Below, one piece after another: positions 19,004 through 29,087 of a stretch of DNA of 57,215 nt. Numbering within the stretch: the first letter of the stretch is position 1; every line of letters begins with the position of its first letter. Origin of the DNA: a virus (lineage: Duplodnaviria; Caudoviricetes); the IMG/VR virus record IMGVR_UViG_3300027791_000026, positions 1-57,215 of that record; one strand, given 5' to 3'. Position numbers and translations under genes: made by a program. A model generated the notes under the pieces. It worked only from the letters and a program-made list of their open reading frames with translations, did not search any database and was not told the origin of the DNA.

Positions 19004-20836
19004 ATGGCAAACGAAAACCTTACAGATTTCACCCTTTCTAAAAAAAGTTATGCTTCATTCGACGCATTAACGTTAAAACAGCTAATAAAAGATAGGTTAA
19101 ACGAAGAAGGCGTATTTACCGATCAAATATTTGAAGGTAGTAATATATCTTCAATTATTGATATAATTGCTTATTCGTATCATACTTTACTTTTTTATCT
19201 CAATCAGTCATCAAATGAAACTTTATTTAACGAAGCTTCTATATATGAAAATATGAATAGAATTGTTAAACTTATAGATTATAAACCTATTGGTTACCAG
19301 ACATCGTTATTACCATTTAAGGTTTCCGCAAATGCGAATATTGATAGAAATTTATATACATTAAAAAGATATTCATTTTTTATAGTTAACGGTACTTATT
19401 TTTCATTTAAAAATGATATAACTTTTAATAAAACTTTAACTGTTGATGAAGAATTAAAATCATTTTCAGAGGACAATTTACTCTTACAAGGTAGGTATTT
19501 TGAATACCCACCGCAAAGAGCTATAGGTGAAGATTTTGAAATATTTACACTCCTCGTTAAAGATAATATTAACAATGAACCAATTAATATAGAAGACAGT
19601 TCTATAGATGTATATGTTTTAGACCTTAAAAATGGTAAATACACTTATTATACCGAAACTAATAATTTGTTTTTAGAAAATCCTACCTCACCAGTTTATG
19701 AAAAAAGATTAAATGAAAATGGTTTTTATGAAATTAAATTTGGTAATGGGGTATTTGGTAAAAAAGTTGCATCAGGTGATCAAGTTTTTATATACTATCT
19801 AAAAAGTGATGGCGAAAAAGGGGTTATAGAAGCTAATGCATTGAATGGTAAAACAATAAATTATCTTACATCAGTTCAGTTTGAAAGCATTAGTAAAGAT
19901 ATATATAGAGATAAAAATTTCGAATTTTTATCCCCTGATAAATTACAAGATTTAGCATTTACAAATACAATTGAATCAACTTTTCCGAAGGAAAGAGAAA
20001 GTGTTGAAGAAATACAAGTAAATGCACCGAAATTATTTACTGCGCAAGATAGACTCGTAACTAATGAAGATTTTAATAGTTTCATTACAAAGAATTTTTC
20101 AAATATATTAGATTCATATAACGTTGTAAATAATAAAACGTTTATACAAAAATATATTCAATATTTTTATGATTTAGGTTTAGATACACCTAATGAAGAT
20201 CCAAGATTCTTATTTAATCAGGTGAAATTCTCATCATCTGCTGAATTAAACAATATATACCTTTTTGCTGTACCAAAAATTCGAAATGTAGATGAAAATA
20301 ACACTTTATCATTCTTAACATTATCTCAAAAAAATTCTATTATTAATTCCTTAGAAGATAAGAAATTAGTTACAATGGAAGTAATTCCACAAGACCCAAT
20401 TTATATGGGGTTCAATTTAGGTCTTGAAAAAAATAATACTGAAAAAATAAGTACAGATTTTATAGATGATACTTTCCTTGTACTAAAAAGAAAAATTTCT
20501 GAAAGAGTAAGTGAAGAAAGTTTAAAACAACAAACTGATTTAATTTTTAGAAATTACTTTAAATCTTTGAAACTAGGTGAAACAATAAGTTTAAATGAAT
20601 TGAAAGTTTCAATACTTAGTTTAGATGGTATTGATCGTATTTTTACACGAAGAATAAATCCTTCTGATGGTACGACTTTAAATGAAACACCTAATATATC
20701 ATTGGTTGGGTTTAATGCTATATATTCTGATTTAGATATAAAAATATATTCAAATGATACAGAGTTAGAGTTCTTTAAATACCCATTCTTATTCAACGGT
20801 AACATACGCAATAATATAATAGTAGAAGATGCCTGA
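19004..20836 (+). CDS. Baseplate wedge protein (gp6-like / baseplate J)
   Basis: FTD..FEGSN.S..IDI.AY, YEIKFGNGVFGK, ESVEEI..NAP..F..QDRLVT.EDF. Confidence 0.92.
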   Translation: MANENLTDFTLSKKSYASFDALTLKQLIKDRLNEEGVFTDQIFEGSNISSIIDIIAYSYHTLLFYLNQSSNETLFNEASIYENMNRIVKLIDYKPIGYQTSLLPFKVSANANIDRNLYTLKRYSFFIVNGTYFSFKNDITFNKTLTVDEELKSFSEDNLLLQGRYFEYPPQRAIGEDFEIFTLLVKDNINNEPINIEDSSIDVYVLDLKNGKYTYYTETNNLFLENPTSPVYEKRLNENGFYEIKFGNGVFGKKVASGDQVFIYYLKSDGEKGVIEANALNGKTINYLTSVQFESISKDIYRDKNFEFLSPDKLQDLAFTNTIESTFPKERESVEEIQVNAPKLFTAQDRLVTNEDFNSFITKNFSNILDSYNVVNNKTFIQKYIQYFYDLGLDTPNEDPRFLFNQVKFSSSAELNNIYLFAVPKIRNVDENNTLSFLTLSQKNSIINSLEDKKLVTMEVIPQDPIYMGFNLGLEKNNTEKISTDFIDDTFLVLKRKISERVSEESLKQQTDLIFRNYFKSLKLGETISLNELKVSILSLDGIDRIFTRRINPSDGTTLNETPNISLVGFNAIYSDLDIKIYSNDTELEFFKYPFLFNGNIRNNIIVEDA

Positions 20837-21788
20837 TATTAAATACAACTTCGATAAAGGTTATGATAATTTATCAAAAATTAGCGTACCAATAAAAGTT
20901 TTAGATCATTCATTTAATCAATTTTTAGGGAATGTAAAACTATCAGCATATGCGGATTTTACTTCGATAAAAGTTACCCCGGACTTTAATAATGCTGACT
21001 TTGTGGTAAGCGATAATAATTATTTTATTGATTTTGGAGATGGTACTAAATCAACTGAATTGACAGCATCTCACACTTATAAGTACCCAGGCTCTTATAA
21101 TTTAACTTTGGTTGTAACTGATAGCGCTAATAATATTTTTAGAAGTTCAGATGATAAAGTAGTTGAAGTTACTAACTTGATACCAGATAGTATATTTTTA
21201 AATTATCTATCAGCAACTGATGTTGAGCAACATTATTCAGCTTTAAGCGTCGACCCTATATTTTTAACCCGATATAACTCTAAAAGTATGTCACAATTGT
21301 TATCTACTAATAATTTTAAAGTAGACTTATCAGTCGAAGGTAATAGAATGGCTTTTATCACTGAAGATCAATATAATAGTAATAAAAATTTTCATCTTGA
21401 AGGTTGTAGTTTTTTTGCTAATACTAGGGGTAAAGATTTTAAGGTAATTGATAGTGTCGAAACTGATAGTACAAACATATTTGCTGGTATTAGTGGTGGT
21501 GAAATAATTATTAAAACTGGTAAAGCAGATGATATCTCTAATATATTTGTCGGTACATCTGGCTTTGGTACTTTTTACTATTATGAAGATATATTAGAAT
21601 TCGATGCAGATAGTGGTGTAAATAGTATTTTTATTGAAGATCCAGGTGAACCAGAACCTATAGATGAAGTAGAAGTTGTTGAACCAGAACCAGAACCAGT
21701 TGATTGTCCCGATGTTACTGTTTTAATAGATTCTGATCTCGAATATGTTATTGTTGATTCAGATGATAAAATTGAAATTCACGAATAA
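20829..21788 (+). CDS. PKD-domain baseplate-associated protein
   Basis: DFGDGT....ASHTYKYPGSYNLTLVVTDS; acidic EP-rich C-terminal tail. Confidence 0.75.
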   Translation: MPDIKYNFDKGYDNLSKISVPIKVLDHSFNQFLGNVKLSAYADFTSIKVTPDFNNADFVVSDNNYFIDFGDGTKSTELTASHTYKYPGSYNLTLVVTDSANNIFRSSDDKVVEVTNLIPDSIFLNYLSATDVEQHYSALSVDPIFLTRYNSKSMSQLLSTNNFKVDLSVEGNRMAFITEDQYNSNKNFHLEGCSFFANTRGKDFKVIDSVETDSTNIFAGISGGEIIIKTGKADDISNIFVGTSGFGTFYYYEDILEFDADSGVNSIFIEDPGEPEPIDEVEVVEPEPEPVDCPDVTVLIDSDLEYVIVDSDDKIEIHE

Positions 21789-21808
21789 TATTAATTAAAT
21801 ACTTCATA

Positions 21809-21832
21809 ACCTCTAACAATTGCTTTAGAGGT
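21809..21832. terminator. Possible hairpin between convergent genes
   Basis: ACCTCTAA-N8-TTAGAGGT; no clear T-tract. Confidence 0.3.
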
Positions 21833-21940
21833 GGTGTTATAAATATCAGCAGCTGTGCCACCGGTGAGGTTCTTATTTTTCTGGCTTTAGGTAATGGCAT
21901 TTAAGTTAAAGTATTATATCAAATTGCAGGAGAGGGTTCA

Positions 21941-22750
21941 TTAAGATATTACTTGAAAAGCTACTACTGTATAATTTGCTCCAGTGAGGCTGTTTGCGGA
22001 AGCGGGAGTAGCTGCAAATTCAAGCCTTCCAGATGAATCAGTAACTACAACAACAGTTCCTGCTACTTGACCTGAACTACCCGTGTTAACTACTCCTGTA
22101 CCCTTATGACTTGAAGCAGGCGCACCTGATACACCGCCCTTAGCCTGTATTATATAAGTTTGCGTCCCACCAGTCGAGATTGAACCACCCTCTACGTACA
22201 TTATTACCATAGCCTTGTTTGGTCCAACAACACTAGACAGATCTAAGTCGTAAAAAGTATGCGTCTGAGCAACATATAACTTCCCTGTAGCCGCAGCCGC
22301 CGTGCTGGATTGTAGGCCTAAAATAGGTTTAGCATCTACATAAGCCTTGACGCTTCTCTGCGTAGCACCACGAGTAGCTGAACCTCCAGCTGTGTCGCTA
22401 TTGTCAAGCAGGTCATCGTTGTCGAAAAGCAAACCAGCATCTCCACTTGCACCTATAACTACACCTACTTCTTCTACGTTACCCTCGTTAGCAGACGTTC
22501 TACCCAGCACCTTAGCCGTGTCAATGCTTTGAATCTTCGGGAGGGTTACATTAGCATCTTTTATCTTTGCTGTCTCCACTGCATCTGTAGCTAATTCTCC
22601 GGTGTTAATAGAATTTGCATGAATAAAATCATCAACTGTAACGGAGCGTGATTTATTAATACCTGATTTAACTATAAGTAATTTGTCAGACCCGTCAACT
22701 GCACGTGTTATCTGAACTTCTTGTATTTGTTTAGTTTTTGGACATGTCAT
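21941..22750 (-). CDS. Short fibre protein with GC-richer body
   Basis: Shared N-terminal module, AVETAKIKDANVTLPKI fibre repeat, ATQRSVKAYVD motif. Confidence 0.65.
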   Translation of the reverse strand: MTCPKTKQIQEVQITRAVDGSDKLLIVKSGINKSRSVTVDDFIHANSINTGELATDAVETAKIKDANVTLPKIQSIDTAKVLGRTSANEGNVEEVGVVIGASGDAGLLFDNDDLLDNSDTAGGSATRGATQRSVKAYVDAKPILGLQSSTAAAATGKLYVAQTHTFYDLDLSSVVGPNKAMVIMYVEGGSISTGGTQTYIIQAKGGVSGAPASSHKGTGVVNTGSSGQVAGTVVVVTDSSGRLEFAATPASANSLTGANYTVVAFQVIS

Positions 22751-22756
22751 TAGAAT

Positions 22757-22790
22757 TATTTAATCGTTATTTACTTCGATTTATTAAATA
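22757..22790. promoter_or_regulatory. Divergent pair of late promoter boxes
   Basis: Minus TAAATA 22762-22757 (6 nt to ATG 22750); plus TAAATA 22785-22790 (5 nt to ATG 22796). Confidence 0.7.
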
Positions 22791-22795
22791 TTTTT

Positions 22796-24361
22796 ATGCC
22801 ATTCGTAGGTAACAGAACTATTTTTGCTAATTTCAATCTAAAAGGTCTACAAGACCCTGAGTCTAATTATTATAATTACAATGAAAATCAATTTAATGTA
22901 TTGAATAATGTTACTGAGTCATTAAATTTAAGGGTTGATAAATCTTATGCTCCTTTTTCTTTATCATTTACCACGAATGGGTTGGATGGTATAGGTTTTA
23001 GTGATAATACTTTCAGTTTAAATAAGTTTTATTTTCAGCATCAAAAAATTTATTTTACCGTCCGAGTTAAAAGTATATTCGACACACCAATAAAATACCT
23101 GCCTAAGTTAGTAATTGGTAGTGGTAATAATCAATTATCTTTAACCGCTACAAGTAATGGTGAATATGTAGATACTTACTATTACAGTAATGATAATATT
23201 ATAAATGATAATGCAGGTGGATATTTTAAAGGTTATATTATCTTAGATAAATCATATGACAATGTAAAATTAACAGGTGAAGTAAAAACTACTATAGAAA
23301 ATAATAATGAATTTGCAACTAATGCTGGAAACGGAGTAGTAACTGGAGATTCTTCACTATTTAACGTTTACCCGGTTGAAGGTAAAAATATATACAGAAA
23401 AATAAATGAAGATAATGATCAAAAAGAAAATTATAAAAAATTAATATTTCAAAATATTTTGACTGATAAGGATAATTTCTTTGATAATTTTCTTGGAACA
23501 ATGGTAGGGGATATTAGCGGTGACCCAAATAATCTAGGTACTAAAATTTATGAAAAAATTAGTAATATGCCTTCAAATATTGCAGACGTAAATTACAGTA
23601 ATGTTAGATCTTTAATAAGTATGCTAGAATCTACTGATATAGATGTAGAAAAATACTTTATAAGTATACCACCTAGCCTCCAAAGAATTGTAGATAACCT
23701 ATCTGTACCTGCTTCATTACAAATAGGTTCTATTAATAATTTTAATCAAAATTTTGATAGTAAAGGCTATGAAAATTCTAAAATTTACGGTACTAACAAA
23801 GGAGCAGAGTTAGACTTTAACGCAACTGAATTAAAAACCGGCCCTACCTCAAAACCTATAGTAAGTTATGAAAAATTTAGTAAAAACTATACATTACTAG
23901 ATACCAATTTATTAAGTACTAATGATTTTCGGTATAATAAAATTAATTCAAATACATATAGTCTATCTGACTATGATAGATCATGGGGTTGGAATTTATT
24001 AGTACCTGAAGATATATTTGATAATAGAAACCCTATTGCTTTTGAAGCTAATACATTTAGTAATGAAGGGGTAAGTTTAAGTAGTTCTAAATTTAAATTA
24101 CAAGATAATATCTGGAGATTATTAGATCAAAAATTTGATAATATAAAAGGTGATCCTAATGTTATCAAAAATTTCTATAAATTTTATGAATATAAAGAAG
24201 GTATTGATGGTTCTTATGATCAAAAATTTATAGATTATAGTAACCCAGCTACAGAATTTGAAACTATAACAGCATATAGTCAATTTGAAGATGAAGGTGG
24301 TTTAATAGATCAGTTTGTTATGCAAAATATATATACTGGTTTATCTCTTTTATCTTCATAA
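22796..24361 (+). CDS. Putative baseplate/virion structural protein
   Basis: 521 aa, late box, N/S/D-rich, within baseplate cluster. Confidence 0.55.
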   Translation: MPFVGNRTIFANFNLKGLQDPESNYYNYNENQFNVLNNVTESLNLRVDKSYAPFSLSFTTNGLDGIGFSDNTFSLNKFYFQHQKIYFTVRVKSIFDTPIKYLPKLVIGSGNNQLSLTATSNGEYVDTYYYSNDNIINDNAGGYFKGYIILDKSYDNVKLTGEVKTTIENNNEFATNAGNGVVTGDSSLFNVYPVEGKNIYRKINEDNDQKENYKKLIFQNILTDKDNFFDNFLGTMVGDISGDPNNLGTKIYEKISNMPSNIADVNYSNVRSLISMLESTDIDVEKYFISIPPSLQRIVDNLSVPASLQIGSINNFNQNFDSKGYENSKIYGTNKGAELDFNATELKTGPTSKPIVSYEKFSKNYTLLDTNLLSTNDFRYNKINSNTYSLSDYDRSWGWNLLVPEDIFDNRNPIAFEANTFSNEGVSLSSSKFKLQDNIWRLLDQKFDNIKGDPNVIKNFYKFYEYKEGIDGSYDQKFIDYSNPATEFETITAYSQFEDEGGLIDQFVMQNIYTGLSLLSS

Positions 24362-24369
24362 ATTATAGT

Positions 24370-25179
24370 ATGTTTACGGTAGGTATTGCTACTTATGATG
24401 ATTATTCTGGTCTTTATTATACTATACAATCGCTTCGATTATTTCACCCATTAGTTACTGAAGTTGTAGTAATTGATAATAATCCTGAGTCAAAAGATGG
24501 TATATTAAATGAAAAATTGTGTAACCATAAAAGTAATTTAAAGATACAATATATAAAATATACAGAAAAAAAGACTTCATTTTGTAAAGAGCAGGTCTTT
24601 AAATATGCATCTAATGAATATGTTGTTATTTGTGATAGTCATATTTTATTCCTCCCTAATGCTTTTGAAAAATTAAAAAAGTTTTACGAAAATGATCATA
24701 AAAAATATGATTTTGTTCAAGGCCCATTAATTTATGATGATGGTAAAACTATTAGCACCCATTTAGATTCAGAATGGGGTACTAATTTTTACGGTAGATG
24801 GCAAACTAAAATAACTAATGATGAATGGTTTGAAATCCAAGCACAGGGTATGGGTGTATTTTCATGTAAAAAGAATGAATGGTTAGGTTTTAATAAGTTA
24901 TTTTCAGGTTTTGGTGGTGAAGAGCACTATATACATGAAAAGTATAGACAAGCGGGAGGTAGGTGTATATGTGTGAATGATTTTAAATGGATGCATAGAT
25001 TTGATAGACCAGAAGGAGCACCCTTTCCTAATATTTTAGAAGACAGATTTAGAAATTATATCATTGGTCGAATAGAATTAAATTTAGAATATCAAGATGT
25101 TATATTTGCATTTTCAGATAAATTACATGCATTTGCAATGCATAAAATAATACAAGAGGTAAAAATGTGCATTGCATAA
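24370..25179 (+). CDS. Glycosyltransferase, GT2-like (GT-A fold)
   Basis: TVGIATY, VVVIDN, ICDSH (DxD-like), F.GFGGEE motifs. Confidence 0.85.
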   Translation: MFTVGIATYDDYSGLYYTIQSLRLFHPLVTEVVVIDNNPESKDGILNEKLCNHKSNLKIQYIKYTEKKTSFCKEQVFKYASNEYVVICDSHILFLPNAFEKLKKFYENDHKKYDFVQGPLIYDDGKTISTHLDSEWGTNFYGRWQTKITNDEWFEIQAQGMGVFSCKKNEWLGFNKLFSGFGGEEHYIHEKYRQAGGRCICVNDFKWMHRFDRPEGAPFPNILEDRFRNYIIGRIELNLEYQDVIFAFSDKLHAFAMHKIIQEVKMCIA

Positions 25180-25186
25180 GTTTTAT

Positions 25187-25194
25187 TATAAATA
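25187..25194 (+). promoter_or_regulatory. Late promoter TATAAATA
   Basis: 6 nt before ATG 25201. Confidence 0.75.
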
Positions 25195-25200
25195 CTTTAT

Positions 25201-26973
25201 ATGGCAGATGGTTTAGATTTTTTTAATAAAGAGTTTGACTCAGTAAATAGAAATGATATTTTCTATACTGAAACTCACCCTATTTGCTCTAATAACTTTT
25301 TAGATTTTAATCAAGCATTAATTGATGTTATAAATGAAAAAAATATTACTTTAAGTGAACTAAGTGCTATACAAGGACCCGTAGTTACATTTGATGAGGT
25401 AGATGTAAATTTATTAGATAGATCAGATTATATTGACTATACGAAAGATGGGGAAAATAATTTAAAACTTCCTTTTGACAATGAATTAGTTGCTAATACT
25501 ATTGGAACTGATTTTTACTATCTATCAACTGATAGTCAATTTAATTCAGTATCTGGGGAGCTGTTTAAAGCAACTAATAAAGTTAATAATCTACTGAACA
25601 TTAATCACCCTACCACCTTATCTATTTCAACGTCTTCTCAAGTATTTGAAAGAGATATATCTTATTATTTTAGACCTACCGATTTTTCGGTATTAAAAAT
25701 GCAAGGTGAATTTGATTTCATACAAAAAGATAATTTAAAAGATAACAACGTTTACATGTTTCCTGACCCAGATAAATATGGAAGCGTTAGTTGGTTAGGT
25801 AAATCACCAAGACCTAGTCCTTTTGATTTTATTTTAAAGGAAGATATTTACAAAAATAAATCCTCTTCATTCGGTGTTAAAAATACAAAAAGTACAAATG
25901 TAAATCAAAATTTTTATTCATATGATACATTAGAACAAAAACGATATAAGCCAAATTATTTAAGTTCATTCCCAACAAAATATCCTGAAAAATTTAATAA
26001 TGGTATTATTGAAAATGTTAACTACGATATATATGGTAATGAATTTATCGAATACGTTAATACAAAAAGTGTTATTGAAAATAAAAATAATGATTCTTAT
26101 ATACAGGATAGAACTATTTTTACGGGTAGTAATACTATAGTAGATCAAGAAAATGTTGACGGTACTATACAAACAAAAAAAGATTTATTAACTAACAAAC
26201 TTTTGATTAAAAACGTTTTTACTTTTAATTTATCTTCAAATAAATTTCAACCTATTAGTGCCGCATTTGATAACGTATTTAAAAAATACAATTATGATCA
26301 AAAACTATACGATGAACTTAATAATTCTATAATTAATATAAATTTATATGAAGATGTTTTTTCTATTACTACACCATCTTATAATGTAATTGATAGTTAT
26401 GTATATAATGGTAAATTTATACAAGATGACTTTCACCCATTAATATTAGAATACGGTTCAGAAGATTCTTTCTTTAACAAAGTGTCTAATGATTATCTAG
26501 TAGGTAGTAAAATTTATAAAGTCGAGACATCTTTATTACCTCAAGCATCTGCAACCAACGATATTTTAATTTATGATATATACAACTATGATATAACTAC
26601 AAATAAAATAGATAAAGTATTAGATAAAAATACAAGGTCTAATAACGAAATAGTTTATGACAATTTTAATCTAGATTTACCAGTAAAACCAAAATATATT
26701 AAAAATATAAATATTACATATAGTTCTAAACTTGAAGTGTTTAATATTACCACACAGTTAAATGACCTTTGTGATAATTTTTATATAAACAGTGTATTAT
26801 ATAAAGTAATCGATGATGTATTTTATTTCTATGAAAATGACTTTTACCAACCAGATAATTTCTTTGCAACTACTAACTTTTATTTAACACAGGACTTTAC
26901 CGGTGCTTATACATTTGCATCCTTAAGCGGTACACCAACTCAAGACAAACCTAATGGAATTTTATATTTATAA
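25201..26973 (+). CDS. Putative baseplate/virion structural protein
   Basis: 590 aa, late promoter, beta-rich C-terminal half. Confidence 0.55.
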   Translation: MADGLDFFNKEFDSVNRNDIFYTETHPICSNNFLDFNQALIDVINEKNITLSELSAIQGPVVTFDEVDVNLLDRSDYIDYTKDGENNLKLPFDNELVANTIGTDFYYLSTDSQFNSVSGELFKATNKVNNLLNINHPTTLSISTSSQVFERDISYYFRPTDFSVLKMQGEFDFIQKDNLKDNNVYMFPDPDKYGSVSWLGKSPRPSPFDFILKEDIYKNKSSSFGVKNTKSTNVNQNFYSYDTLEQKRYKPNYLSSFPTKYPEKFNNGIIENVNYDIYGNEFIEYVNTKSVIENKNNDSYIQDRTIFTGSNTIVDQENVDGTIQTKKDLLTNKLLIKNVFTFNLSSNKFQPISAAFDNVFKKYNYDQKLYDELNNSIININLYEDVFSITTPSYNVIDSYVYNGKFIQDDFHPLILEYGSEDSFFNKVSNDYLVGSKIYKVETSLLPQASATNDILIYDIYNYDITTNKIDKVLDKNTRSNNEIVYDNFNLDLPVKPKYIKNINITYSSKLEVFNITTQLNDLCDNFYINSVLYKVIDDVFYFYENDFYQPDNFFATTNFYLTQDFTGAYTFASLSGTPTQDKPNGILYL

Positions 26974-27611
26974 TGCAATTTAATAAAACAGTTAAACTAG
27001 AAGCTGATTACCCTTTTTCTGATAGTCAAACGTTAGTTAAAAACTTTTCTGTATCAGATATTACTACAGTAACTTTTGATATCAACGGCGTGGCTAAGTA
27101 TGAAGGTGCTGATTATAGTTTAGGTATTTTAAAAACCATTGCTTATTATGGTGATAATATAATAGAATTTATACCCAGTCAGTTAAATACTACAACCTTA
27201 GGATTTGAACCAGTAAGTTCATTTGACCATACATACCACGTCGCGACGGAGGATAATAAATTATTAGGTAAGGTTGAATTTTTATACAAAAATGGTAATA
27301 CAACTACTATATTCTTATCTGTATTTACTTCTCAAAGTAACAATATAGATTTAGAACTTTATACAGCTAATAACCAATCCTTTTTTAGTAACGGTGAAGT
27401 AAGAGAATTAATTAACTTTACTAATTATGAAAATAATTTATATAGTATGGCTTATACACCTACACCTCTTTACAAATATGATGATAGAACGGGTGATATA
27501 GAATTCTTTACCTTATCAGGATTTGAAGGCAATTTCCTTACCACTGAAAACGATATACCCATATTGTTGAAAGGATTTAGTTATAATGACCAACGAATAT
27601 CCGTAACTTAA
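26973..27611 (+). CDS. Putative virion structural protein
   Basis: Coupled by TAATG; YYGD...FDHTY degenerate PKD/Ig-like pattern. Confidence 0.5.
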   Translation: MQFNKTVKLEADYPFSDSQTLVKNFSVSDITTVTFDINGVAKYEGADYSLGILKTIAYYGDNIIEFIPSQLNTTTLGFEPVSSFDHTYHVATEDNKLLGKVEFLYKNGNTTTIFLSVFTSQSNNIDLELYTANNQSFFSNGEVRELINFTNYENNLYSMAYTPTPLYKYDDRTGDIEFFTLSGFEGNFLTTENDIPILLKGFSYNDQRISVT

Positions 27612-28234
27612 ACTAATTTCACGTTAAAACAAATTGTAATTCTTAATTCCTCTGATTCATTCTTTTTTACCCTGTGGTAAGTTTCGCTTGTAAAAACAAT
27701 TAAATCATCTTGAACAACGTCTGGTGTAAATTCTTCATTAAAGTAATCTATATCTTTAAATTTAGCGTCTTTTTTAGTGTAATATCTATTTATTACTCTT
27801 CTATTATTACAAAATGTTACTGAGTTATGTAATTTAGGGTCAAATTTAAAAAAATGAATACATGAAAAATTTTCATTATTACCACCATTAGCATGTTGAT
27901 GTATAGAAGCTTCTTTACCTTTATCATAAGCAACATACCATATATCATCTATTTTTACTTCATGCTTTATATTTAAATTTTCTTTATTATAATCATTTAA
28001 ACATTTTTCATATATAGGTATTATTTTATCATAATTTATCTTTTTTAAACCTTCTAAATCAGTAGCTGGTTTTTTTTCATCGGTATTTACACCCCACCAG
28101 GTACAATTGCTATTTTTTAAATTGTAGTTATAAGATATATCACTAAGAATTTCATCCCGTATCAATTTAAAGTCGTCTTTTAAGTTTATCTTTAAGTAAA
28201 ATGGACTAAAAAAATTTATTTTTTTAAAGGGCAT
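27608..28234 (-). CDS. 2OG-Fe(II) oxygenase (TIGR02466-like)
   Basis: W...Y......HQH...FSCIHF...DLIVF.S...H.V..N....RITICFN. Confidence 0.85.
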   Translation of the reverse strand: MPFKKINFFSPFYLKINLKDDFKLIRDEILSDISYNYNLKNSNCTWWGVNTDEKKPATDLEGLKKINYDKIIPIYEKCLNDYNKENLNIKHEVKIDDIWYVAYDKGKEASIHQHANGGNNENFSCIHFFKFDPKLHNSVTFCNNRRVINRYYTKKDAKFKDIDYFNEEFTPDVVQDDLIVFTSETYHRVKKNESEELRITICFNVKLV

Positions 28235-28643
28235 TTAAGTTATCAAAATCATTTTGGGTAAATGATGTATCATATAAATCTTCAAAAAACGCAGAAGCTC
28301 CTTCATAATATGTAATTATTTCTTCTGCTGATAAGCTATTTTTAAATAAATTATATCTTTTATTTATGGTATTAAATCTTGTACCTAAATTACTTTCAAT
28401 AAGAGGTATATAGGTATTTTTCAATTCAGATCCTGATAAACTTAATATATTATTATTAGCGTCTTTAAATTCTATTTCACCATTAATATTTGATATCATT
28501 TTTAACTTTACTAATGAAGAATCATCAACATCAAAAGGAATACTATCGATTGTTATAGATGAATTTTCAAAAATAACTTTCAATTCACGCAAATTTTCGT
28601 AATCTAAATAAAGGGTTTCTATTAATTTAATATCTATATTCAT
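28224..28643 (-). CDS. Tail fibre assembly-like protein (DUF4376-like)
   Basis: FDVDDSS...L...FKDANNNILSLS..EL pattern; downstream of a fibre gene. Confidence 0.55.
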   Translation of the reverse strand: MNIDIKLIETLYLDYENLRELKVIFENSSITIDSIPFDVDDSSLVKLKMISNINGEIEFKDANNNILSLSGSELKNTYIPLIESNLGTRFNTINKRYNLFKNSLSAEEIITYYEGASAFFEDLYDTSFTQNDFDNLNAL

Positions 28644-28647
28644 TTTA

Positions 28648-29079
28648 TTAAAGGGCAGTAATGCTGTAGGTGGTTGACGATAAATTATTATATAAGGAAT
28701 TACTAAATTCTAATGTATATACACCGACTGTATCAGTTGTAAAGGTTAATATTCCATCATCGATCGATGGGGCACTTTCAATAATATTGCTATTATATTC
28801 TAATTCAAATTGTGTATTAACCGGTATCGATGAAAATGATATGCTATTTGATGAGCTTATTTCATAAGATAGGGTATTATATTGTATTGGTAAAGTTTGT
28901 AATTCTTTAATTTCTGAACTTGATAAAACAAAATAACTATTTCTTATATCTACCAGTGAGGTTCCTATATCATAAAATGATACTGTATCAGAACTATACA
29001 ATGAAATGTCTTCTTCATGTATAATTCTTAAGGCATTTATACTTCCATCGCTTATATTATATTCTATATATCTTTTCAT
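28648..29079 (-). CDS. Fibre-associated hypothetical protein
   Basis: 143 aa in fibre operon; DDG.LTFTTD..G.Y.L Ig-like end. Confidence 0.55.
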   Translation of the reverse strand: MKRYIEYNISDGSINALRIIHEEDISLYSSDTVSFYDIGTSLVDIRNSYFVLSSSEIKELQTLPIQYNTLSYEISSSNSISFSSIPVNTQFELEYNSNIIESAPSIDDGILTFTTDTVGVYTLEFSNSLYNNLSSTTYSITAL

Positions 29080-29087
29080 TATTTTAT

